Virus record (IMG/VR): IMGVR_UViG_3300044617_001156
Reading direction: 5' to 3' (one strand)
DNA length: 64,000 nucleotides
Source: a virus
Numbering within the stretch: the stretch's first letter is position 1; each line of letters starts with the position of its first letter. The notes beneath the pieces were generated by a model. That model searched no databases and was not told where the DNA came from. It worked only from the letters and a program-made list of their open reading frames with translations. Shown piece after piece: positions 55,825 to 64,000 of this stretch. The translations under genes and the position numbers were made by a program.

Positions 55825-56823
55825 ATGTTTGAATATTTTTATCACGAAATTTTAAGAAAAACCATTATTGGATTTGGAACTCTTTTCAATAATATAACCA
55901 TTAAGCATAAGAAAGATACTGGTGAAGTTGTTTCTTTGATAAAGGTTCCTATTGCATATGGACCTATTCAAAAGTTTCTTGCTCGTATAGAACAACAACC
56001 AAATCTGAACAAACCAGTTCAGATAACTTTACCCAGGATGTCTTTTGAATTTGTTGGATTAAGTTATGATCCAACTAGAAAAGTAACATCCACTCAAACT
56101 TTTGTAAGTCCTTCAGTAACTGATGGAACTGATATTCGAAAGTCATATATGCCTGTCCCATATAATATGGACTTTGAACTGAGCATTATGACTAAACTAG
56201 ATGATGATATGCTTCAAATTATAGAACAAATACTTCCTTACTTTGGCCCATCATATACACTGTCCCTTAATTTATTAAGTAGTATTGGTGAAAAGAGAGA
56301 TGTTCCCGTAACTTTAAATAACATCTCAATGTCGGATAATTATGAGGGAGACTATACCAACAGAAGAGCACTGATTTATACTTTAAGATTTACAGTCAAG
56401 AATTACTTCTTTGGACCTATTTCTTCTGCATCCGACGATATCATTAAAAAGGTTTCTCTTGGATTTATCTCTGGGGATACAAAATCTACCACAAGAGATC
56501 TTACTTATAGTGCAGAGCCAGTTGCAACCCAGAGTTATACTAATAATGCAGTTGGAACAATTACTGATGATATTGAATTGCATGATAATACCATTACTGT
56601 AGATAACGCATCTTCAATTACGTTAAATAGTTACATCACCATTGATAATGAAACATTGCAAGTAACTAAGAAAACTGGTAATGTTTTAACTGTGAATAGA
56701 GGATCTTATGGAACACCTATTTCTATTCACGTTTCCGGAACCCAGGTTAAACTAATTACCGAAAGTGATAATGATCTGATTGAATTTGGAGACGATTTTG
56801 GTTTTGGAATTTCTTTTAGTTAA
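55825..56823 (+). CDS. gp15: tail sheath stabilizer / tail terminator gp15
   Basis: YFYHEILRKTIIGFGTLFN, VPIAYGP, LPRMSFE, PVPYN. Confidence 0.95.
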   Translation: MFEYFYHEILRKTIIGFGTLFNNITIKHKKDTGEVVSLIKVPIAYGPIQKFLARIEQQPNLNKPVQITLPRMSFEFVGLSYDPTRKVTSTQTFVSPSVTDGTDIRKSYMPVPYNMDFELSIMTKLDDDMLQIIEQILPYFGPSYTLSLNLLSSIGEKRDVPVTLNNISMSDNYEGDYTNRRALIYTLRFTVKNYFFGPISSASDDIIKKVSLGFISGDTKSTTRDLTYSAEPVATQSYTNNAVGTITDDIELHDNTITVDNASSITLNSYITIDNETLQVTKKTGNVLTVNRGSYGTPISIHVSGTQVKLITESDNDLIEFGDDFGFGISFS

Positions 56824-56828
56824 AATAT

Positions 56829-57266
56829 ATGCCTAAAAAATTTGAAAAGTTAAATGAAGTCTTTAATGTTCAAAGTGAAACGATTTCTTCCGAATTGTCC
56901 AAAATAGAGACTGATTTGGAAAAGATTGAAGAAACTAAAAAAGATCAAAAAACAGACGTTGAAAAAGACTATGAGTATGCAAGGGGAAATTTGTATTCTC
57001 TAATGGAGAAAAGTCAAGAAGCACTTAACGGAATTCTTGAACTTGCCCAGGAAAGTGATATGCCTCGCGCATATGAAGTGGCAGGACAATTAATTAAAAG
57101 TACAGGTGAAATTGCCGATAAAATACTTTTAGTTCATAAGATATTAAAAGACGTTGAAGAAGATAAACCAAAAGGTCCAACAACAGTCAACAATGCACTA
57201 TTTGTTGGATCTACATCAGATCTTGCAAAATTTTTAAAACAGCAAACGGAAAATGAAAACGTTTAA
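56829..57266 (+). CDS. gp16: terminase small subunit gp16
   Basis: DYEYARGNL, PRAYEVAGQLIK, NNALFVGSTSDL. Confidence 0.93.
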   Translation: MPKKFEKLNEVFNVQSETISSELSKIETDLEKIEETKKDQKTDVEKDYEYARGNLYSLMEKSQEALNGILELAQESDMPRAYEVAGQLIKSTGEIADKILLVHKILKDVEEDKPKGPTTVNNALFVGSTSDLAKFLKQQTENENV

Positions 57267-57408
57267 GCAGTTTCAAGAAGATTGGACTAATAAATATAAA
57301 AAGAGTATTGATTGCTCAAACCCAAAAGGATTTTCTCAAAAAGCACACTGTGCAGGTAGGAGAAAGAGAGCAAAAGGTGAAGAGACTAAATCAAAACCGA
57401 TTGAATGA
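57253..57408 (+). CDS. 51-aa basic protein with capsid-targeting-like N-terminus
   Basis: MKTFKQFQEDWTNKYKKSIDCSNPKGFSQKAHCAGRRKRAKGEETKSKPIE*. Confidence 0.65.
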   Translation: MKTFKQFQEDWTNKYKKSIDCSNPKGFSQKAHCAGRRKRAKGEETKSKPIE

Positions 57409-59138
57409 TGCCTAAACTTAAGTCGCACAAAACAGTTGAACAGATAGCAAAGAAGCATCGTCTTGATGTTTCTTTTATACAGAAGCAACTTGATATGGGC
57501 GAACCAATTGAACATGAACATACTCAAGACCATAATCTGGCTAGAGACATTGCTCTTCAGCATTTAGATGAAATTCCAGATTATTATACCCGTCTTAAAA
57601 AAATGGAAGCGGATGCTAAGAAGCATCACAAAAAATTTAAAGATGTTACTGAAGAGGGTCTTCGTGATTGGTTTGGTAAATCAAAATCAAAGGATGGTAA
57701 ATCTGGGTGGGTAAATGTAGTGACTGGTGGTACATGTGCAAGTGATGAACCTGGAGAGGGAACACCTAAGTGCGTCTCTTCAGCAAAAAGAGAAAGTATG
57801 ACGAAGGCAGAGAGACTTTCGGCATCCAGAAGAAAAAAAGAAGCAGATCCTGGACAGCAACAGAAAACAGGAGCTGCTAAACCAACATATGTTTCTACCG
57901 ATTCACCTAAAAAGAAAATGAAAGAAGAAATGAACATACAAGAAGCAAAAGATAAACCAGGTAAAGGTAGCGGTAAAAAAGATGCATGTTATAATAAAGT
58001 AAAGTCTCGTTATAGTGTTTGGCCAAGTGCATATGCTTCTGGTGCTTTGGTTAAGTGCCGCAAAGTTGGTGCTGATAACTGGGGAAATAAATCAGAAGCA
58101 GTTGAAGAGCAAAGATACTGTCCATTATGTGATAAAAGAGAAACTAGATCTGAGTGCTCTTATGGAGAAAAAACATGGGATAAAGTCTCCATCAAAGACG
58201 AAGAGTACTCAATGGCAAGGTCTGAGTTAGAAACCATTGCATCTGCAGTAAAACGCCTCAAATCAAAAGTTAAAACTGGTGAGGGTGATCTTGAAGCATG
58301 GGTACAGTCAAAAATTACTAAGGCAGCAGATTATATTGACACTGCTGCAGATTATATTGATAGTGGAGAGATGAAGGAAGAAAAGATAGTTGATAAGATT
58401 ATGGATGAAATGAAGTGCTGGCCTGGTTATAAGAAGAAAGGTACTCAAAAATTATTTGGTAAGAAATATAATAGATGTGTAAAAGCAGAAGATGTGACTA
58501 TCGAAGATGCTGATGGCAATACTTTCGTAGAGATAGTAGATCTAATTAAACCTGATCCAATTCAAGGAACTAAAATAGAAGAGGCAACAAGAATTCAGTC
58601 TCAAACTGGAAATGTGGTTATGGTAACTCTTCAGTGGAGAGGAAAATATTATTCACTTAAGATGTTCTTCCCTCAGATTAAGTTACCAAGTAGAACGGAA
58701 ATAAATGATGAGATCCAGAAAGTTTATCCAGGATCTAGAGTTGTTTATCATTCAGTATCAGAACTAAGTCCAGGACAACCTCTTATTCAATCTTTTGGTC
58801 CTCAGGGAGGAAGTTCAGCAAAACCAGGACCAAGCAAAGCATATGTAAAACCAATGGGAGAGGAGGTTGAGATAGATGAAGACTGGCAAAAAGTAAATCG
58901 TCAGGATAAAACTGCAGGATTAAGTCAAAAAGCAGTTGATGCATATCGCAGAGAAAATCCAGGTTCAAAACTTAAAACTGCAGTAACTGAAAAGAATCCA
59001 GAGGGAAAAAGAGCAAAGCGTCGTGCTTCATTTTGCCAGAGGATGAAAGGGATGAAGTCTAAACTTACTTCATCAGAAACTGCTAGAGATCCTGATAGCA
59101 ACATTAACAAAGCACTTCGTCGTTGGAATTGTAACTAA
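57405..59138 (+). CDS. multi-module basic protein, probable processed internal-head polyprotein
   Basis: Concatenated small modules (EHEHT..IALQHL.E.PDYY; DACY.KVK.RY.VWPSAYAS; WVQSKITKA; CWPGY; RR.SFC.RM.G) joined by Glu-rich linkers. Confidence 0.6.
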   Translation: MMPKLKSHKTVEQIAKKHRLDVSFIQKQLDMGEPIEHEHTQDHNLARDIALQHLDEIPDYYTRLKKMEADAKKHHKKFKDVTEEGLRDWFGKSKSKDGKSGWVNVVTGGTCASDEPGEGTPKCVSSAKRESMTKAERLSASRRKKEADPGQQQKTGAAKPTYVSTDSPKKKMKEEMNIQEAKDKPGKGSGKKDACYNKVKSRYSVWPSAYASGALVKCRKVGADNWGNKSEAVEEQRYCPLCDKRETRSECSYGEKTWDKVSIKDEEYSMARSELETIASAVKRLKSKVKTGEGDLEAWVQSKITKAADYIDTAADYIDSGEMKEEKIVDKIMDEMKCWPGYKKKGTQKLFGKKYNRCVKAEDVTIEDADGNTFVEIVDLIKPDPIQGTKIEEATRIQSQTGNVVMVTLQWRGKYYSLKMFFPQIKLPSRTEINDEIQKVYPGSRVVYHSVSELSPGQPLIQSFGPQGGSSAKPGPSKAYVKPMGEEVEIDEDWQKVNRQDKTAGLSQKAVDAYRRENPGSKLKTAVTEKNPEGKRAKRRASFCQRMKGMKSKLTSSETARDPDSNINKALRRWNCN

Positions 59139-59154
59139 TAAGTAGGTTTTTATT

Positions 59155-60801
59155 ATGCCAAATGATGTTTATCTGGGTAATCCTTTACTGAAGAAGGCGA
59201 ATACTCCGATTGAATTTACACAGGATCAAATTTTAGAATTTGTTAAGTGTAAAGATGATCCGGTTTATTTTGCCAAAAATTATGTAAAAATTGTTACTCT
59301 AGATCATGGATTACAATCCTTTCAGATGTATCCTTTTCAGGAAAAACTTGTAAGGCGATTTCATGAGAATAGATTTAATATTTGTAAGATGCCTCGTCAG
59401 ACTGGAAAGTCTACGACTGTGGTATCTTTTTTGCTTCATTATGCAGTGTTCAATGACAATGTAAATATTGGTATTCTTGCAAACAAGGCTGCTACCGCTA
59501 GGGAACTATTAGACCGTCTTCAAACTGCATATGAAAACTTACCAAAGTGGATGCAACAAGGAATTATTTCTTGGAACAAAGGTTCCTTGGAATTGGAAAA
59601 CGGAAGTAAAATCTTGGCTGCTTCTACTTCTGCTTCTGCAGTTCGTGGTATGTCATTCAATATCTTATTTTTGGACGAATTTGCTTTCGTTCCGAACCAC
59701 ATTGCAGACTCATTCTTTGCATCAGTTTATCCGACGATTACTTCAGGTAAACAAACTAAGGTAATTATTGTATCCACGCCCCACGGTATGAATCATTTCT
59801 ACCGAATGTGGCATGATGCAGAAAAAGGTAAAAACGAATATATTTTCACTGATGTTCACTGGAGTGAAGTTCCCGGAAGAGATGAAGATTGGAAAAAGCA
59901 AACTATTGCTAACACTTCAGAGCAACAGTTTAAGGTAGAATTTGAATGTGAATTTTTAGGTTCTGTAGATACACTGATTGCACCAAGTAAACTTAGAAAC
60001 TTAGTTTATGATCACCCAAAGACTCGAAGTGCTGGATTAGATGTTTATGCAGAGCCCGAAGAAAATCATGATTATCTAATAACAGTGGATGTTGCTAGGG
60101 GTGTAGGAAACGATTATTCTGCATTTGCTATCGTTGATATAACTCAGTTTCCTCATAGAGTTGTTGCAAAGTATAGAAATAATGAAATAAAACCAATGCT
60201 TTTCCCAAGCATTATTCATGAAGCTGCTACTGCATATAATAGTGCATATATTTTATGTGAAGTAAACGATGTTGGAGATCAAGTTGCTAGCATCCTCCAG
60301 TATGACTTAGAATATAATAATTTATTGATGTGCTCAATGAGAGGTAGAGCAGGTCAAATAGTTGGACAAGGATTTTCTGGGAAGAAAACTCAACTTGGAG
60401 TTAAGATGTCCAAAACGGTAAAGAAAATTGGTTGTCTTAATTTAAAGACAATGATTGAAGAGGACAAGTTATATTTAAATGATTATGAAATAATCTCCGA
60501 GTTAACCACCTTTATTCAAAAGCATAACTCATTTGAAGCAGAAGAAGGTTGTAATGATGACTTGGCAATGTGCTTGGTCATTTATGCTTGGTTAGTCGCA
60601 CAAGACTATTTCAAAGAACTCACTGATCAGGATGTTAGGAAAAGACTATATGAAGAACAAAAAAATCAAATCGAACAAGATATGTCTCCATTTGGATTTA
60701 TTTCAGATGGATTAGATGAGAGTAGTTTTGTTGATCCGGAAGGTGATAGGTGGTATTTAGATGAATATGGTGATCGGGCATATATGTGGGAATACATGTA
60801 A
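59155..60801 (+). CDS. gp17: terminase large subunit gp17
   Basis: PRQTGKST Walker A, LFLDEFAF Walker B, VDVARG, DDLAMCL. Confidence 0.97.
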   Translation: MPNDVYLGNPLLKKANTPIEFTQDQILEFVKCKDDPVYFAKNYVKIVTLDHGLQSFQMYPFQEKLVRRFHENRFNICKMPRQTGKSTTVVSFLLHYAVFNDNVNIGILANKAATARELLDRLQTAYENLPKWMQQGIISWNKGSLELENGSKILAASTSASAVRGMSFNILFLDEFAFVPNHIADSFFASVYPTITSGKQTKVIIVSTPHGMNHFYRMWHDAEKGKNEYIFTDVHWSEVPGRDEDWKKQTIANTSEQQFKVEFECEFLGSVDTLIAPSKLRNLVYDHPKTRSAGLDVYAEPEENHDYLITVDVARGVGNDYSAFAIVDITQFPHRVVAKYRNNEIKPMLFPSIIHEAATAYNSAYILCEVNDVGDQVASILQYDLEYNNLLMCSMRGRAGQIVGQGFSGKKTQLGVKMSKTVKKIGCLNLKTMIEEDKLYLNDYEIISELTTFIQKHNSFEAEEGCNDDLAMCLVIYAWLVAQDYFKELTDQDVRKRLYEEQKNQIEQDMSPFGFISDGLDESSFVDPEGDRWYLDEYGDRAYMWEYM

Positions 60802-60809
60802 TTTAATAG

Positions 60810-61040
60810 ATGGAAATAGATAAGCAAATAGGATTAAGTCATTTATTTCTTACCGATAGAAAATGTCGGGTGTGCGGAGACGTTAAAAATTTAATTGGTG
60901 ATTTTTATAGAACTCGTAAAGACCGTGGAGCAGTAGCATCTTCTTATTCTTACGAGTGCAAAGAATGTACTATACAAAGAATTAAAGATTCCAAAAAAAT
61001 GAACCTACCCTACCTTATGTGGGAATATCCTGACTGGTGA
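60810..61040 (+). CDS. small zinc-finger-like protein
   Basis: CRVC...YECKEC. Confidence 0.7.
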   Translation: MEIDKQIGLSHLFLTDRKCRVCGDVKNLIGDFYRTRKDRGAVASSYSYECKECTIQRIKDSKKMNLPYLMWEYPDW

Positions 61041-61076
61041 TTCGCGTCATGTTTCCCCTACGTAAATATAGTTTTT

Positions 61077-61084
61077 AATAAATA
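61077..61084 (+). promoter_or_regulatory. T4-type late promoter
   Basis: AATAAATA upstream of gp18; similar TAAATA boxes at 687, 14896, 15728, 28548, 42805, 55788, 63323 and 63972. Confidence 0.7.
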
Positions 61085-61119
61085 TTTTTTAGATAAACTG
61101 AGACTTTACGGAGAAAAAC

Positions 61120-63318
61120 ATGGCGACTCCTCAATTATCTCCTGGTGTACTAGTCAGAGAGGTTGATTTAACTGTAGGAAGAGCTGATAATGTATTAGAC
61201 AATATTGGTGCAATTGCTGGACCTTTTGCAATTGGACCTGTAGATGATCCTATTGACATCACTACAGAAAACGAACTAATCAATGTGTTTGGTAAGCCAA
61301 TCTCAACTGATGCTCAGTATGAGTATTGGATGAGTGCGTCTTCATTCCTTTCATATGGCGGAGTTCTTAAAGTAGTAAGAACCGATGGAAGCAACCTGGT
61401 AAATGCCAATGCAATTAGAAACTCTGCTGGAGTATCTACTGCAGGCGAACCAACACTCAAGATCAAGAATTTTGATGATTATGAGGCAAATTATGCCGAT
61501 GATATTGCAAATTACATTTTTGCCGCTAAGAGTCCAGGTTCCTGGGCAAACAACTTAAAAGTATGTGTTATTGACGATAAAGCAGACCAAACTCTTTATG
61601 TTGGATCTGCTGCCACTAGCATGGCTCAAGTAGGTTATGCAGTAACCACTACTCTCACCAATGTTCCTTCTGCAGGTGTAGGAACAACTTCTGTATTCAA
61701 TGGATACCTGAAAGGTATCGTAACTGGAGTTGGTGCAAGCACTTTAGATGTTAAAGTTACTTCTGTTGTAAGCACTGCAGGAGTTGAAACTAAAGTAGAT
61801 TATGCACAAATGACCCAGTTAAGATCCTTTAAGGCATCTACATCTGGCGGAAACTTATTAGTCAATTTAATAACCAATGCTGGTATTGCTAGTACTTCAG
61901 TAACTATTAACACTGGTACAAATCCAATTCTTGATTGGTATGATCAGCAAACTTTAAATCTTACCAACACAAGTATTTTCTGGAGATCAATTGCACCAAA
62001 ACCAGGAACTTCTCAGTATGTTAATGATAGAAATGGAAGAAGTGATGAAATTCACGTTGTAGTGGTAGATGACACTGGTTCTGTAACTGGAATTCAAGGA
62101 AATCTGCTAGAGAAATGGATTGGTTTATCTAAAGCAACTGATGCTATTTCTGCAGTCAATTCACCACAAAAGATTTGGTGGAAAAATGCTGTCGCAATAT
62201 TCTCCAAGTATGTTTATGTTGGAGATAATCCATCGGACGACTTAAATGCAAATGAAGATGTAGTTCCAACTGGATTTAGTTCTGGATTTACTGCAAATAC
62301 AACTGCACAGGGTTTATGGAACCTAGACGCACAAGATAGAACTTATAGTGCTTTAGGTAACGTAACTTATAATCTAAGCGGTGGTAAAGATTATTCCAAT
62401 TCTGGTGGAATGACTGCTACTTTAGGTGATTTATTCACCTCATATAACTTATTCTCAAATAGAGATGAAATTGCTGTTGATTACTTAATCATGGGTCCTG
62501 GATTAGGAAACAAATTTGAATCTCAAGCAAAAGCAAATCAACTGATTTCAATAGCAAATTCAAGAAAAGACTGTGTTGCCGTAATTTCACCTCATCGCGC
62601 AGATGTTGTTGATATTACAAATACAGATACTCAAACTGATAATATTTTAGAGTTCTTCTCACCACTTGCATCCACATCATATGCAATCTTTGATACTGGA
62701 TATAAGTACACCTTCGATCGCTTCAATAATAGATTCCGTTATATTCCATGTAACGCTGATGTTGCTGGTCTCTGCGTAAGAACTTCTATCTTTGCATATC
62801 CTTGGTTCTCACCTGCAGGACAGCAAAGAGGTGTACTAAACAATGCTATTAAACTAGCATATAATCCAAATAAGGCCCAGAGAGATCAACTGTATCCTCA
62901 GAGAATTAACTCAATTATCAATCAACCTGGTATTGGTATTATCCTCTTCGGAGACAAGACTGCTCTCGGTTTTGCTTCTGCATTTGATAGAATCAACGTT
63001 CGTAGACTGTTCCTCACTGTTGAACAAGCACTTGAAAGAACTGCCCAGGCACAACTCTTCGAACTCAATGATGAGATCACAAGAGCAAACTTCATTAATA
63101 TTGTTGAACCATATTTACGCGATGTTCAAGCAAAGAGAGGTTTGTATGGATTCTTCGTTAGATGCGACGAAACAAACAACACTCCTGATGTGATCGATAA
63201 TAATGAATTTAGAGCTGATATCTTCCTGAAACCAGCTAAGTCAATTAATTATGTAACTCTAACATTCGTTGCAACCAGAACTGGCGTAAGCTTTGAAGAA
63301 GTTGCTGGATCTGTTTGA
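61120..63318 (+). CDS. gp18: tail sheath protein gp18
   Basis: LSPGVLVREVDLT, PWFSPAG..RG, AFDRINVRRLF, KPAKSINYVTLTFVATRTG. Confidence 0.97.
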   Translation: MATPQLSPGVLVREVDLTVGRADNVLDNIGAIAGPFAIGPVDDPIDITTENELINVFGKPISTDAQYEYWMSASSFLSYGGVLKVVRTDGSNLVNANAIRNSAGVSTAGEPTLKIKNFDDYEANYADDIANYIFAAKSPGSWANNLKVCVIDDKADQTLYVGSAATSMAQVGYAVTTTLTNVPSAGVGTTSVFNGYLKGIVTGVGASTLDVKVTSVVSTAGVETKVDYAQMTQLRSFKASTSGGNLLVNLITNAGIASTSVTINTGTNPILDWYDQQTLNLTNTSIFWRSIAPKPGTSQYVNDRNGRSDEIHVVVVDDTGSVTGIQGNLLEKWIGLSKATDAISAVNSPQKIWWKNAVAIFSKYVYVGDNPSDDLNANEDVVPTGFSSGFTANTTAQGLWNLDAQDRTYSALGNVTYNLSGGKDYSNSGGMTATLGDLFTSYNLFSNRDEIAVDYLIMGPGLGNKFESQAKANQLISIANSRKDCVAVISPHRADVVDITNTDTQTDNILEFFSPLASTSYAIFDTGYKYTFDRFNNRFRYIPCNADVAGLCVRTSIFAYPWFSPAGQQRGVLNNAIKLAYNPNKAQRDQLYPQRINSIINQPGIGIILFGDKTALGFASAFDRINVRRLFLTVEQALERTAQAQLFELNDEITRANFINIVEPYLRDVQAKRGLYGFFVRCDETNNTPDVIDNNEFRADIFLKPAKSINYVTLTFVATRTGVSFEEVAGSV

Positions 63319-63355
63319 TCATTTAAATAAATTAATTACAGAGGAGGATTAAAAA

Positions 63356-63976
63356 ATGGCTACTATCAAAGGTCTCTCACAATTTAAGACAAAACTATCA
63401 GGTGGTGGTGCTCGCCCCAATCTATTTGAAGTCACACTTCCAAGTTTCCCACCTGGAGTAAATCTTGGAGTTCAAGGTGACGGCGGCGGACAATTTGATG
63501 CAGAAAAGTTTTCCTTTTTATGTAAGGCAGCTGCCTTACCTGCTTCAAACATTTCACCAATCGAAGTTCCTTTCCGTGGTAGAACCATGAAGGTTGCTGG
63601 TGATAGAACATTTGATACTTGGACTATCACCGTTATTAATGATGAAGACTTCCAGTATAGAAGAGCATTTGAAGCATGGATGCAAAACATAGGTCAGTAT
63701 TCAGATCACAGTGGTCTCACTACTCCTAATGACTACATGACTGATGCTACTGTTGTTCAACTTGGAAGAGCAATTGTCGGAAAAGAAACTGGAACTGGAA
63801 CTGGCGGAAATGCTAATGTTCTAGCACAGTATAAGTTTAAGGATATTTTCCCAACTAATGTTTCTGCTATTGATCTATCCTACGATACAACAGATACCAT
63901 TGAAGAATTCACTGTAGAATTCCAAATCAACTTCTGGTATCCTGAAGCTCCAGGTAGCAATACTGCACAAGGATAA
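63356..63976 (+). CDS. gp19: tail tube protein gp19
   Basis: GGARPNLFEV, VPFRGR.MKVAGDRTFDTW, IDLSYD..DTIEEFTVEF. Confidence 0.97.
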   Translation: MATIKGLSQFKTKLSGGGARPNLFEVTLPSFPPGVNLGVQGDGGGQFDAEKFSFLCKAAALPASNISPIEVPFRGRTMKVAGDRTFDTWTITVINDEDFQYRRAFEAWMQNIGQYSDHSGLTTPNDYMTDATVVQLGRAIVGKETGTGTGGNANVLAQYKFKDIFPTNVSAIDLSYDTTDTIEEFTVEFQINFWYPEAPGSNTAQG

Positions 63977-64000
63977 ATAATACAAGTATATACCTTTAAA

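Noticed and set aside
730-63690. Many short minus-strand ORFs overlapping clear + strand genes
   Set aside because: Antisense shadows with no motifs or initiation signals; only 12903..13499 is retained.
1-64000. tRNA, rRNA, IS/transposase, integrase or reverse transcriptase genes
   Set aside because: No recognisable cloverleaf or catalytic motifs seen by eye; tRNAscan and HMM searches would be needed to exclude them formally.

Overview
This window is part of a T4-like cyanomyophage genome (Kyanoviridae-type; a freshwater picocyanobacterial host is plausible but inferred). It has two halves. About 1-26,000 is an accessory/early region of short, tightly packed + strand genes: 2OG-Fe(II) oxygenases, a beta-propeller fibre-like protein, a DUF262-like protein, an HNH nuclease, a deaminase, an SF2 helicase, an apparently complete Type II restriction-modification pair, a ligase-fold protein and many small hypotheticals. 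About 26,500-64,000 is the virion morphogenesis cluster: gp25-gp6-gp7-gp8, a DUF4815/VrlC-like protein, then gp13-14-15-16-17-18-19. The most unusual signals are four. (1) Thirteen fixed-length 29-bp imperfect-dyad elements (TGGGCCCnnnAAAgTGTcCnnnTAnTrT) sit at gene boundaries and divide the accessory region into cassettes. (2) The DUF4815-like structural gene is split, and its second half begins with a 38-Gly leader followed by a Hint (intein-like) domain. (3) A candidate origin near 24.1 kb has cyanobacterial-type DnaA boxes, an AT-rich tract and a promoter firing into it. (4) There are several additional promoter classes and late-expressed proteins with capsid-targeting-like N-termini. I recognised no tRNA, rRNA or CRISPR array. 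All family assignments come from motif recognition by eye, not from database searches.
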